DNA of 64,000 nucleotides from a virus. Positions 36,466-45,552 of this stretch are shown in pieces. The notes beneath the pieces are model-generated. The model saw only the letters and a list, made by a program, of their open reading frames with translations. It searched no databases and was not told the DNA's origin. A program made the position numbers and the translations under genes. The stretch lies in the IMG/VR virus record IMGVR_UViG_3300027686_001029. One strand, written 5' to 3'. The first letter of the stretch is position 1; every line of letters begins with the position of its first letter.

Positions 36466-37425
36466 TTATAAAACTGCTTCAGGACAAAGCCTCATCTTTT
36501 TTACATTGCACCATTTACAGTTATCCTTAGTAGGATTAGCTTTATGATCTTCTTCTATATAGTTACCTAGATGATCCACTGCCTTAGTAATAAAGTTTTG
36601 CATTATCTTAAGTACCTTATTAGTATTTCCTTTTCCGGAAGCAGGGCTAAACTCTTGAACTCTTCTTTGCATTGCTGCAAATTCTGCTTCAACCGGTACT
36701 CTTCTTTTAACAACAAAGTACTCCACATCAATTTTATCAATATCAATATTAAATTGCTTTGCAAAAAACTTTTTATATAGTATAAGTTGCTGAGTTTTGT
36801 TAAGGTCTTTTTTATCTAAAGCACTCCATCCTCTAGTTGAGGTCTTGATATCTACAATTTTCCACCTATCTACTCTTGCATCGTAAAATACTAAATCAAT
36901 AAAGCCTTTAAACATTACTCCAGGACGTAACTCTTGGTATAAGAGCGTCTCTACTCCTGCTAAATGTACGCCCTTAGTATTAAAGTATGCACGTCTTTTT
37001 TTCTTGATAAATTCAAAAATATGTTTACCGTCTAACCAGAACATTCTTAAGTCTTCCGCAGTAGCAAAGTGCTCATGTCCATTCTGTGCTTTGGTAGACT
37101 TGTATGCTTTAATCATATTCTCATATAACAATGCATCTACATCCATTGCCATAGCATCTTTTACCTTACCATGATAAAGTACCTGTAACCATTCTTGTAG
37201 GGTTTCGTGAAATGCTGTTCCGAAAGAAGCATGTATTGAACCCTCATAGGGTATAAGTTTCTTAACGTAAGTTAAGTACCACTGTTTAGGACATCTATCG
37301 TAAGTAGAAAGTTGAGAATAAGAAATATGTTTATTCTTCTTAGATTGTTTAATCTTAGATTCCCATACCTCTTTCACTGCAGGTATAGCTTTAGTATTAA
37401 CTGCATCATGATATATCTTCTTCAT
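36466..37425 (-). CDS. PD-(D/E)XK Cas4/RecB-like exonuclease
   Basis: ISYSQL...CP, GFIDL, VDIKT, QLILY and C-terminal CKWC...CP. Confidence 0.9.
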   Translation of the reverse strand: MKKIYHDAVNTKAIPAVKEVWESKIKQSKKNKHISYSQLSTYDRCPKQWYLTYVKKLIPYEGSIHASFGTAFHETLQEWLQVLYHGKVKDAMAMDVDALLYENMIKAYKSTKAQNGHEHFATAEDLRMFWLDGKHIFEFIKKKRRAYFNTKGVHLAGVETLLYQELRPGVMFKGFIDLVFYDARVDRWKIVDIKTSTRGWSALDKKDLNKTQQLILYKKFFAKQFNIDIDKIDVEYFVVKRRVPVEAEFAAMQRRVQEFSPASGKGNTNKVLKIMQNFITKAVDHLGNYIEEDHKANPTKDNCKWCNVKKMRLCPEAVL

Positions 37426-37432
37426 ATACCTT

Positions 37433-37849
37433 TTACTTTTTCCACATACCGCGTTGGACTAGCTGAGCTATTATTCCATAGTTAGTAACGTCTTGAAACG
37501 TATCTATTATAGTTTCGTTTTGAGCTTTTCTACCAGAGATAATCATATTCTTCCACCTATTAATCTTATCTGAAAGTCTGTACCAAAGGCCAGTCATAGC
37601 GAACTCTGTTTCATCATCTGTGTCTAAATTAGTTCCAGCACTAACATTATGCATTCCATAATCTAAATGTTTTTTAGCAAATAATTCAAACTGTTCATCT
37701 ATGATAGATTGATAACCATCATGTATTGTAGGGTATTCACTTTTTAAAATCTCTCTTGCTGTTTTTACAGGCTCTCCGTGCATTGCGTTCATTATCTCTC
37801 TACTACTCATATTTGTCAAAATATCTTTTAAGGGTTTGTAATACATCAT
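37433..37849 (-). CDS. DUF1599 / nucleotide modification-associated domain 1 (all-alpha NTP-PPase-like)
   Basis: KKHLDYG..N, RLSDKINR and DTFQDVTNYGII motifs. Confidence 0.85.
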   Translation of the reverse strand: MMYYKPLKDILTNMSSREIMNAMHGEPVKTAREILKSEYPTIHDGYQSIIDEQFELFAKKHLDYGMHNVSAGTNLDTDDETEFAMTGLWYRLSDKINRWKNMIISGRKAQNETIIDTFQDVTNYGIIAQLVQRGMWKK

Positions 37850-38021
37850 CAGCTTCTGCTAATGCTTTTGCAGCATCTTCTGCGTTTTTATAAAAATCGT
37901 CGGTAGAATGATCTCCTATACCAGCAGGATTTTCCATTAATAGTTCAAATGTAAGTAATGCTTTTTCTTTCTGAGTTTCGAAAGACTTTTTAAGCATCTT
38001 TATTAGTCTATACTGTGCCAT
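37803..38021 (-). CDS. Hypothetical helical protein (NPAGIGDHS motif)
   Basis: ORF downstream of the promoter in the left repeat. Confidence 0.7.
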   Translation of the reverse strand: MAQYRLIKMLKKSFETQKEKALLTFELLMENPAGIGDHSTDDFYKNAEDAAKALAEADDVLQTLKRYFDKYE

Positions 38022-38042
38022 AACTTATATATTGTTTAATAC

Positions 38043-38091
38043 TTAAATATACGAAAAAATATTCGGGTCTACAAATATCTAATGATATTTT
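38043..38091. repeat. 49-bp direct repeat, left copy (contains promoter TTGTAG-N17-TATATT and an orphan NIIRYL* gene end)
   Basis: 48/49 identical to 39555-39603. Confidence 0.95.
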
Positions 38092-38096
38092 TTTCC

Positions 38097-38576
38097 CTAT
38101 GTAAGCTCAGTATGTACTGTTGAATCAATTGTTTGGATATACTTATCAACTAGTCGTGATACTATTTCTGGTTTCCTATCATTCTTGAATGTAACTTTGA
38201 TTTTAGCCGTAGTTGAACGCTTGCCTCCATCTGAATCTACAAGAATTTCCTTTATATTATGTTCGGTGTGTCCTTTTTTCTTAAAGATACCTAATAATGA
38301 TTTTTTTAAAGAAGATGTATTGGTACCACCAAAGTTTAACCTTGCATCGAATTCTATTTCTAATTTTTCAAGACCTATTGAAGAGTGGTCTGCTAATATG
38401 TAAAGAGGTATTACAACATCCTTACCTTGTATTTTCACCGAAGTTGTTTCTGGATTACCTTCATCATCGAAATAATGTCTCAATGAATTTATGTGTTGTC
38501 TTTCACTTAAGTTAGAAGCTACGAGAGCGGCCTCTAAGAGACCACTCACTAACTCCTCAATCTTTAATTTTGCCAT
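38097..38576 (-). CDS. DUF2589 domain protein
   Basis: L..GLLEAA..A, F...G.P and VIPLYIL..HSSIGLEKLEIEF motifs. Confidence 0.75.
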   Translation of the reverse strand: MAKLKIEELVSGLLEAALVASNLSERQHINSLRHYFDDEGNPETTSVKIQGKDVVIPLYILADHSSIGLEKLEIEFDARLNFGGTNTSSLKKSLLGIFKKKGHTEHNIKEILVDSDGGKRSTTAKIKVTFKNDRKPEIVSRLVDKYIQTIDSTVHTELT

Positions 38577-38597
38577 AACTTATTTTTTAATTGTTTA

Positions 38598-39206
38598 CTA
38601 CTCTCCTGAACCACCTTTACCTCCAGCTGCTGGCTGAGTAATAGGATCCATTAGAGTTGTCAGCATATCAGATAATTTTAACATACCCTCTGTTGGAGGT
38701 AATTGTTCTGCATGTACATTTACTTCGTACTTAGCTGAATTATCAGTCTCTCTTGTATTTTCTCTTGTAGTTGAAACTTCACCATGTACTGTTACTTCAA
38801 CTGGGGAAAACCAACTTTTAGATTTTACATCAACAGTTGATTTTATATCCGTTTTAGAGTGATCTTTTACTGTTTCTTTCACTTCCATAGTAAAACTGAT
38901 ATCCGCTTTAGTTATTGCTAAAGATGGGATTGGTACTAATGGTAGCATTGGGATTTGAGAATGAACTATTTGTAATTGTGGTGCTCCACCTTTTGGGTCT
39001 GCAACAAAACGATTTAGTGCAATCTTAAGTTGTTTTGCTTCTCGAGCATCTCCTTCTTTACCTTCTTTTGGTGCTTCAAAAGCTACTTCTTGAATGTAAT
39101 TCCAAGCTACATCGTTTAATGCTGCTTGTCCTTTAGCCATTCCGATTAAAGGTGATACGATTAGGTCTTCGATAGGAAGTCCTCTGAATTGGTCTGCAAT
39201 TGGCAT
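38598..39206 (-). CDS. DUF2589 domain protein
   Basis: FRGLPIEDLI.SPL...AKGQ..L, PMLPLVPIPSL.I...DISFTMEV and AKYEVNVHAEQ.PP.EG...L.D.L motifs. Confidence 0.88.
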   Translation of the reverse strand: MPIADQFRGLPIEDLIVSPLIGMAKGQAALNDVAWNYIQEVAFEAPKEGKEGDAREAKQLKIALNRFVADPKGGAPQLQIVHSQIPMLPLVPIPSLAITKADISFTMEVKETVKDHSKTDIKSTVDVKSKSWFSPVEVTVHGEVSTTRENTRETDNSAKYEVNVHAEQLPPTEGMLKLSDMLTTLMDPITQPAAGGKGGSGE

Positions 39207-39325
39207 AATTTATTTTGTTTGTTTAGTTAATAAAATGAAAACCTTTATTATGTTGCAGATAAGTATAAACCTTTATTTCTGTAACTAATATAAATATATA
39301 AGATTTTCACTTTTAATATAATTAA

Positions 39326-39529
39326 TTAAGAGAATTTAGCAATATCTGAATATTTATTTTTAATCTTTTCCATCTCTCGTAAACCCTCTCTTAAAGTATC
39401 AGTTGCAATATCACTTGTTTCAAAGTTCATTATTACCTCACAATGAGGACAAACTGAGACTGGGTTATCTAATATGTATTGAAGTGTTAAATCGAGTGGA
39501 TTCTTACACGAAGGACAGGGCATTGCCAT
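39326..39529 (-). CDS. Zinc-ribbon protein
   Basis: CPSC...CPHC; directly downstream of the promoter in the right repeat. Confidence 0.7.
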   Translation of the reverse strand: MAMPCPSCKNPLDLTLQYILDNPVSVCPHCEVIMNFETSDIATDTLREGLREMEKIKNKYSDIAKFS

Positions 39530-39554
39530 ATATAACTTATTTACTGTTTATTCT

Positions 39555-39603
39555 TTAAATATACGAAAAAATATTTGGGTCTACAAATATCTAATGATAT
39601 TTT
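39555..39603. repeat. 49-bp direct repeat, right copy (promoter plus 3' end of ORF 39581..40729)
   Basis: 48/49 identical to 38043-38091. Confidence 0.95.
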
Positions 39604-40729
39604 CTTCCTTTTCGTTTTTAATACCTCCACCGATATCTTTCTTATCTAGCCAAGCTTCAGTATTATCAGAATAGAGTACTCTTATTTTTGAAGGAGATTT
39701 TTGTAATATTTTTATAATTTTCTTCTCTGGAATTGGTTTATCATTCTCATCTGATATTATCCAATCTTCTTCTTTTATAATTTTAGGTGAGTGTAATGTT
39801 CCTTTTACTTTAGGTGCTATAACAGTAATAGGGTCTACTACCTCTATTTCGTTTACGTTTACAGTCTCATCTTTTTTTTTAGTAGGAGGTTCTTCCTCTT
39901 CTAACTCACCGTATAGATTCTTCCTATTAGCGTTGTCGAATGCAAAGTTTGCTGCAATTACTAATGAAATAGCTAAAGGATCAAATACAAATATAATTAC
40001 TAACAACAATATGTTGATAATCTTATCCATAGAAGTACCAGTTAATCCGGAAAGGTATTGAAGTGGACCTAACTCTCCTGCTACTTCAGAATTATTCTCT
40101 AAAGTCAGAATTTCGATTTGATACTTTTGTAAGGAATCGGCTGCCACTTCTCGTTTAGTTTGAACCTTTTGTCGGTTTTCTTCTTCCACTTCGATACGTT
40201 TTTGGGATAACCTAAGCTCTGTAGTAGAGATTGTTGATCGAAAGCCTGAAGATACCGTGGTGTCTCGTACTTGGATGTTTGAAACTTTCGCATTAGATAA
40301 AGTGCTAATGTTATTAGAGATTCTTTCAAGTTCCTGATCATATCGTATAACGTCTTTATTGTAGAAGTCTTTCTTTTGAGTTAAGAAAGCTGTTTGATTG
40401 TTTTTAATTGTTAGCTGTCTATAAGTATCTTGATATGCTGCACTTAAAAAGCCGTATATACCCATACTAGTAATAAGTACTAAAACTACAGCAGCAATAG
40501 AGAGATACGTTCTAAGAAGCTTATTTATAGTGTCCCAATACTGGTATAAGAGTGAAGCTATAACTAGTTTAGCTACCTCCAATGAACCTGCCATTATAAT
40601 TACCTCTAGTGTAGCTCCTGCAAATAGCTTACTTAACCCACTTACGGAGTAAAAAGCAGCTGAGCCGCTTACAGAGAGAGCAGTTAATGCTATAATGGTA
40701 GGGAAAAAGTTTCTTTTAATTCTATTCAT
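39581..40729 (-). CDS. Membrane protein with 3 N-terminal TM helices, coiled coil and C-terminal TM helix
   Basis: AAFYSVSGLSKLFAGA, LEVAKLV, ITSMGIYGFLS and FVFDPLAISL motifs. Confidence 0.8.
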   Translation of the reverse strand: MNRIKRNFFPTIIALTALSVSGSAAFYSVSGLSKLFAGATLEVIIMAGSLEVAKLVIASLLYQYWDTINKLLRTYLSIAAVVLVLITSMGIYGFLSAAYQDTYRQLTIKNNQTAFLTQKKDFYNKDVIRYDQELERISNNISTLSNAKVSNIQVRDTTVSSGFRSTISTTELRLSQKRIEVEEENRQKVQTKREVAADSLQKYQIEILTLENNSEVAGELGPLQYLSGLTGTSMDKIINILLLVIIFVFDPLAISLVIAANFAFDNANRKNLYGELEEEEPPTKKKDETVNVNEIEVVDPITVIAPKVKGTLHSPKIIKEEDWIISDENDKPIPEKKIIKILQKSPSKIRVLYSDNTEAWLDKKDIGGGIKNEKEENIIRYL

Positions 40730-41157
40730 TATTGAGCTAGTAAAAGTAAAGTTGCAAATACTCCGATGCCTGAACCTATCTGGTATAGTTTCTTAGCACG
40801 AGCCTCTTTCTTTAATTCTTTTTGTAACTGATTAGAAAGAACATCTGAAGTTTGTAACTGTACGTTTTTATCGCTAATAATTAATTGGTAGTTTTTAACT
40901 TGCTGAGATAAGTTAGTGTTTAATTTAAGTGACTTATCTAACCTGTTATTGGTTTCTTGAATCAATTGATTTAATGTTTTATTAGTCTTTTCTAATCCAT
41001 CAAAGCTGATTAAGTCTTTTACGACTAACTTAGCTATAGGTTTAGTTAATACTATCCTTGTAGTATCTGTAACGGTCTGTGAAAAACTGTTCCAGCTTAT
41101 CATTACTGTAAAGATTAACAGCATCAAGCTGTTTCTGTGTTTCTTTTTTGATAGCAT
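40729..41157 (-). CDS. Spanin-like envelope protein
   Basis: Signal peptide, coiled coil and C-terminal TM; overlaps 41042..41401 beside the amidase. Confidence 0.5.
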   Translation of the reverse strand: MLSKKKHRNSLMLLIFTVMISWNSFSQTVTDTTRIVLTKPIAKLVVKDLISFDGLEKTNKTLNQLIQETNNRLDKSLKLNTNLSQQVKNYQLIISDKNVQLQTSDVLSNQLQKELKKEARAKKLYQIGSGIGVFATLLLLAQ

Positions 41158-41401
41158 ATATCTTAATATTTAAGTTTTTAATTTTCCTATCGTAGTTTGC
41201 TAGCTCTAATACAAGTGAATCAGCTTGTACTTCTAGCGTAATGTTTTTAACTTGTAGAGAATCTATCTTACTCTCTAAAGCTACTATTTGAGACTCATAC
41301 TTAGATACATCTGTTTTTATATCAGTAGGAGCAAAGATCATTCTGTACAACACTATAGCAGCAATAGCAATTATAACGTTCTGTATTAATGTCTTATTCA
41401 T
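41042..41401 (-). CDS. i-spanin-like protein (N-terminal TM plus coiled coil)
   Basis: TM-coiled-coil topology next to the endolysin. Confidence 0.55.
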   Translation of the reverse strand: MNKTLIQNVIIAIAAIVLYRMIFAPTDIKTDVSKYESQIVALESKIDSLQVKNITLEVQADSLVLELANYDRKIKNLNIKIYAIKKETQKQLDAVNLYSNDKLEQFFTDRYRYYKDSIN

Positions 41402-41409
41402 ATAGTATA

Positions 41410-41440
41410 AATATAAGAAAATTACTTTGATCTAGCAACT
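41410..41440 (-). promoter_or_regulatory. Phage consensus promoter (TTGCTA-N17-TATATT)
   Basis: Consensus match; -35 lies within the 3' end of the amidase gene. Confidence 0.6.
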
Positions 41441-41922
41441 AATGTACTCTTAAATGCTTCCCAGTCAAAAGCGTTACCAGGGTCAGGTTTACCTTTCCCT
41501 TTACCTCTTACGTGATCACCGGAGCAGTCTGAGTGTCTTACTATGTTATCTATATCTATATTATACTTATTCATCCAGAAACTAAATACATTTACAGCAG
41601 TATCAAATTGATGCTTTGTGTATGTACCTTTTTTCTTAATTTTAGAATTAAACGATGACCAGTCATTTACTCCTGCTACTAATAGTTCAACTCCTAAGTA
41701 ATGTGAGTTGAGATGTTTTAGACCATTCCATTCTGATTTACCTGCATGAAAGGCTTTACTTGGAGACACAATATGTTTGTCATATGTACCGTCAGGTTTA
41801 ATATAACCATGAACGGATAAACCTATTTCTCTTATAAATTCTTTAGCATATAGTGTCTTACCTTCATATACTAGATATTCTGACATACTGTGTAGTATCA
41901 GTCCTTTTGGAACAATTGGCAT
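41422..41922 (-). CDS. N-acetylmuramoyl-L-alanine amidase (Amidase_2, endolysin)
   Basis: LILHS, SVHGYI, AFHAGKSEW, NS..LGVEL, IVRHSD and K.DPG..FDW motifs. Confidence 0.92.
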   Translation of the reverse strand: MPIVPKGLILHSMSEYLVYEGKTLYAKEFIREIGLSVHGYIKPDGTYDKHIVSPSKAFHAGKSEWNGLKHLNSHYLGVELLVAGVNDWSSFNSKIKKKGTYTKHQFDTAVNVFSFWMNKYNIDIDNIVRHSDCSGDHVRGKGKGKPDPGNAFDWEAFKSTLVARSK

Positions 41923-41933
41923 AATAACTTATT

Positions 41934-42269
41934 TTAAAATTTATCGTAATCTATTGAATCTCCACAGTTATCACAGTAACTAGGACCAGTTATAGTATGT
42001 GGATCTGCATCTGTCATTTCTATTGATTCTCCTGGTACGCCGTCATCGTCGCTGGCATTAAACCAAAAGTCTATAATCTTACCATATGAAGCAATAAATG
42101 CACCCAGTACAAGTAAAAGTATTTCCTTCCATTCTGAGCCCATTGCTGCTTCAGAAAATAAAGCTATACCTATACCTACCATAATAAGTAGAAAAGTGAC
42201 TAGAACAACGGTGGTGATAACGAACCTGTTTCTACGTACTCCTTTTTGTTTTTCTGTTATATCTGCCAT
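41934..42269 (-). CDS. Two-TM membrane protein, holin candidate
   Basis: Two TM helices, immediately upstream of the amidase. Confidence 0.5.
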   Translation of the reverse strand: MADITEKQKGVRRNRFVITTVVLVTFLLIMVGIGIALFSEAAMGSEWKEILLLVLGAFIASYGKIIDFWFNASDDDGVPGESIEMTDADPHTITGPSYCDNCGDSIDYDKF

Positions 42270-42271
42270 AA

Positions 42272-42508
42272 TTAACTACATTTACTTTTGATTTCATTAT
42301 ACAGTTCATCTGCATAACCTTGTGGGTTTTCAATATGTTGTTTAGTAGATTCTATTTTTTTTATTAAACACTTCTTAAAGTATTTAGCTTGTTTACCTTT
42401 AAGTAAAGTTTCTTCTGCACATGCTTTCATCCACCCTCTTGGGTCATTACCCTGTATTGATGTTTTTACGTTGTTGATTGCTATAATGCATTGTATTGCG
42501 TCTGCCAT
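42272..42508 (-). CDS. Hypothetical protein
   Basis: ORF track. Confidence 0.65.
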   Translation of the reverse strand: MADAIQCIIAINNVKTSIQGNDPRGWMKACAEETLLKGKQAKYFKKCLIKKIESTKQHIENPQGYADELYNEIKSKCS

Positions 42509-42511
42509 AAT

Positions 42512-42916
42512 TTAATATTTATTTGCGGTTTTAACTTCTTCTATAGATTCTTGTAGTTCACTTAAATTAACAGGACATTCTAAATCTAACCCTGCTTTAA
42601 ATATTTCTTCCTTAATTCCGTTATTAAATATAATTAAAGTAGGAGCCATTCTAATTCTATATTTCTTTTTTGTAGCAGGAGCGTCTGCTATATCTACTCT
42701 AAAATATTTAGCACCTTTGATTTTATCCCAGTCTGAAAATGCATTTGCTTCATTAAACTTAGCCCAAAATTCAACTACTACTATATTAAATTCAGGATCA
42801 TCTCCAAATGAATGTTTTTCATTTACCTTTGATTCAAAATTACCGTCTTCAAGAGTATCTTGAGAGTAACTTATCATCGATAACATTATTAAAACTATAT
42901 TTAAGACTTTTTTCAT
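42512..42916 (-). CDS. Secreted thioredoxin-fold protein lacking CxxC
   Basis: Signal peptide; VVVEFWAKFN and YRIRMAPTLIIFNNG motifs. Confidence 0.7.
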   Translation of the reverse strand: MKKVLNIVLIMLSMISYSQDTLEDGNFESKVNEKHSFGDDPEFNIVVVEFWAKFNEANAFSDWDKIKGAKYFRVDIADAPATKKKYRIRMAPTLIIFNNGIKEEIFKAGLDLECPVNLSELQESIEEVKTANKY

Positions 42917-43233
42917 TATTGCTGCTTTTGAAGCTCATATAATCTATCGTCAATTTTTTCTAACTCCTTTAAGATAGCTTCTACATCTTCTTGAGTATCC
43001 ATTATTGTTTGTCTAATAAGTTCATCCTTCATATCGAACTCCATTCGTTCAATAGGGGGTATTGGAAGCTCTTTAGCTTCTTGTATATCAGCTTTAAGAG
43101 TAAACCACATACCTATAATAGTTGAGATTAATATAAGTATACCTCCTATAGTTTTTAGATCAAAAGCGAAATCTGGTTTTCCATCACCATCTATATCTAC
43201 TCCTACTGATACGTTATCTACTTTTTTTGCCAT
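42916..43233 (-). CDS. Single-TM coiled-coil protein
   Basis: DIDGDGKPD motif, TM helix and coiled coil. Confidence 0.65.
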   Translation of the reverse strand: MAKKVDNVSVGVDIDGDGKPDFAFDLKTIGGILILISTIIGMWFTLKADIQEAKELPIPPIERMEFDMKDELIRQTIMDTQEDVEAILKELEKIDDRLYELQKQQ

Positions 43234-43243
43234 TGTTATATTA

Positions 43244-43810
43244 TTAATCTAATAAATATCCATAAGGAGTAGCATTAATATCTAATCCAATTTCTATATT
43301 CTCTAATTTTAAATCTAAAGTCATATTCCTTTGAATATAAGGATTATAAAACTCACCGACTGCTGTTAAACATATAAGTCCTTTATGTGCTCCTCCTAAT
43401 TGACCAGCATCTTGAACCTGTACTTCGTTCCATACTATATAGTCATCTGGGCCTGGTATTTCTACTCCGGCATATTTGTTGTTAATATTTTGCCATGTAT
43501 AAACTCCTTTATCTAATAAAAATTCGTCATCATTAGCATCTGTATCTAATAGGTACATTGCAAAATGCTGTCTATCTAATCTTGGATTACCGTCATCAAT
43601 TTGTAAGTAAAGAATAAATATTTTTTTAGTAATACCATTTTCTTCCTTTACACCACCGAATGTATTAATTACAGAATACTTTTCATAGGGGTCAAATGAC
43701 TCTCCATCAAGAGCAATTTCGAATACAGGTATTAAAGTTTCTACTTGATCGTCTTTGCTACAGCTTAAAATTAAAATAATACAACTTATTGTTAAAAGTA
43801 TATTTTTCAT
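43244..43810 (-). CDS. Lipoprotein of unknown function
   Basis: Lipobox ILSC followed by acidic residues (SKDD). Confidence 0.7.
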   Translation of the reverse strand: MKNILLTISCIILILSCSKDDQVETLIPVFEIALDGESFDPYEKYSVINTFGGVKEENGITKKIFILYLQIDDGNPRLDRQHFAMYLLDTDANDDEFLLDKGVYTWQNINNKYAGVEIPGPDDYIVWNEVQVQDAGQLGGAHKGLICLTAVGEFYNPYIQRNMTLDLKLENIEIGLDINATPYGYLLD

Positions 43811-45021
43811 TATCTAAATGTATAGTTAATTCCAAAGGAAGTGTTAAATATTTTAGTATCCCAAAACTTAGTATATTCACCTTCTGCAAATATTCCTATG
43901 TTCTTGGTAATTCTGAATCCAAAATTAGCTCCGAATTGATAATCTTCCCATTGAAGTGGTGCAGCATCTTCTCTCAATCCTCCTTTACCCCAATTTTCTC
44001 TATTAAGGTAACTAAAGTTTTCAGATCCACTGATATATTTATGAAACCCTGGAAGGTAGTTACCGTAAGCATGTAACCAGAAGTTACTTTTATAATGGTA
44101 AAAATCAAACCCTATAATTGGTGATATTAAATTGAATCCTGCTAGGTCATCCCATATTTCATTATTATACCTATTCATTAATTCACCGAAGACTCCATTT
44201 CTAAAATCTATATCAGAATAAGCTACTATATCTCCTAATTCATCCTTCCATATCCAGTTTTGTGTTTCTTCTTGTGTTTCATAGTCAGAATAGGTAGTAA
44301 AGTGGTCTGTATATCCGTATTCGTATCCTAATTCAAACCATTGATTAACAGGTCTTTCTATCATTTCTCCATTATCGGCCTCTACCATTTCAGTTTCGTT
44401 AAGGTAAATTTCAATAGGATTTACTCCATATACTGTTTGATGTGTTCTTCCGATTACACCTGCTGATAAAGAGAATTTCTTTCCAATACCTATTCTAGCT
44501 CTTAATTCAGCTGATTGGTAATTAAATCCTACATTACCTTGTTCTCTTGATTCTATTTTAGCAATATGATATTTGCCTGTATGTCTTAAAAAGTACCTAT
44601 GGTTAGTAAATTCTTCTCCTCTTAATCTTTCTTTTTCCCAATGTATAAGGTATTCAAATCCTTTTACTGCCGACTCTGGTCCAATTAAAGCTGTTTGTTT
44701 TTCTATGTCTGCATTACCTGTCCAGAAGTTTCCAGGTTTATTTTCGTAATCGTATCTTCCTAGCTTTCTTATACCGAATCCTATTCTATAGTCATAGTCA
44801 TAGTATTCAGTTACATCTATTACTTTTGGTATATCATAAAGACCTCCCTCTTCTGGTCTAGCTACGAAGTAATCTTTTCTAGTATTTTCGTATGCATTTG
44901 TTATGTCTCCTGCAACATAAAATGTACTGTACTTTAAAAAGTCCTTATAGAAATTTTCAAAAAATTGTGCATTAACAGAACTAGTTATGAAAAATGCAAC
45001 TAAAAGAATTATATGTCTCAT
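43810..45021 (-). CDS. Predicted outer-membrane beta-barrel protein
   Basis: SPI signal peptide (SVNAQ); alternating aromatic strands; C-terminal beta-signal SFGINYTFR. Confidence 0.65.
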   Translation of the reverse strand: MRHIILLVAFFITSSVNAQFFENFYKDFLKYSTFYVAGDITNAYENTRKDYFVARPEEGGLYDIPKVIDVTEYYDYDYRIGFGIRKLGRYDYENKPGNFWTGNADIEKQTALIGPESAVKGFEYLIHWEKERLRGEEFTNHRYFLRHTGKYHIAKIESREQGNVGFNYQSAELRARIGIGKKFSLSAGVIGRTHQTVYGVNPIEIYLNETEMVEADNGEMIERPVNQWFELGYEYGYTDHFTTYSDYETQEETQNWIWKDELGDIVAYSDIDFRNGVFGELMNRYNNEIWDDLAGFNLISPIIGFDFYHYKSNFWLHAYGNYLPGFHKYISGSENFSYLNRENWGKGGLREDAAPLQWEDYQFGANFGFRITKNIGIFAEGEYTKFWDTKIFNTSFGINYTFR

Positions 45022-45253
45022 ATTATGTTATAGTATGGTTTATAAATAAATAGCTTTAATTAACAAGAAGAGGGAGGGAGAGTGTACGTCTTAAAAGGAG
45101 TTCTAAGACAATGTACATAATGCTTGTTTTAATCTAATTTTTACTTTATGTTTTTAGGAATACTATAGTCCTAAAATTGAAAAACTAATAAAAAAGCTCA
45201 ATAAGAAAAGAAATACTTTCATAAAACTCTTAGTATATCATCATAAATAGAAC

Positions 45254-45280
45254 AAAAAAAAAGGAACACTTTTGTGTTCC
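45254..45280 (-). terminator. Rho-independent terminator
   Basis: - strand GGAACAC-AAAA-GTGTTCC followed by a T9 run. Confidence 0.85.
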
Positions 45281-45324
45281 CTTAATTTTAGTAGTAGTCA
45301 TGAAGACCGCTATAGTTCCATCCT

Positions 45325-45543
45325 TTAGAAGCTTTGAGCTTCCTTTGGTAAGAACTCGACATTAACATGTCCGCATCCTTTGCAGCTGAAAACTGGGATT
45401 GGTACGTAACCGGTTTTGCCGGTACCTGTGAGGATACCTGAGGCTTTTCGGATGATAACTGCTTGTTCGAAGAGGTTTTCGTTGCACTCCTCGCAAAGAA
45501 CTGGGGTAGTTTGATTGATGTCCACATTTAAATTTTGATCCAT
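45325..45543 (-). CDS. Zinc-ribbon protein
   Basis: CEEC...CKGC; better protein-like composition than the overlapping 45288..45527 frame. Confidence 0.75.
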   Translation of the reverse strand: MDQNLNVDINQTTPVLCEECNENLFEQAVIIRKASGILTGTGKTGYVPIPVFSCKGCGHVNVEFLPKEAQSF

Positions 45544-45552
45544 AAGATTCTC

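Noticed and set aside
36466-37425. Cas4-like gene as evidence of a CRISPR-Cas system
   Set aside because: No repeat-spacer array or other cas genes seen; solo Cas4/RecB-like exonucleases are common in phages
45288-45527. Alternative - strand ORF overlapping 45325..45543
   Set aside because: The overlapping frame encodes a clear CxxC...CxxC zinc ribbon; this one is low-complexity
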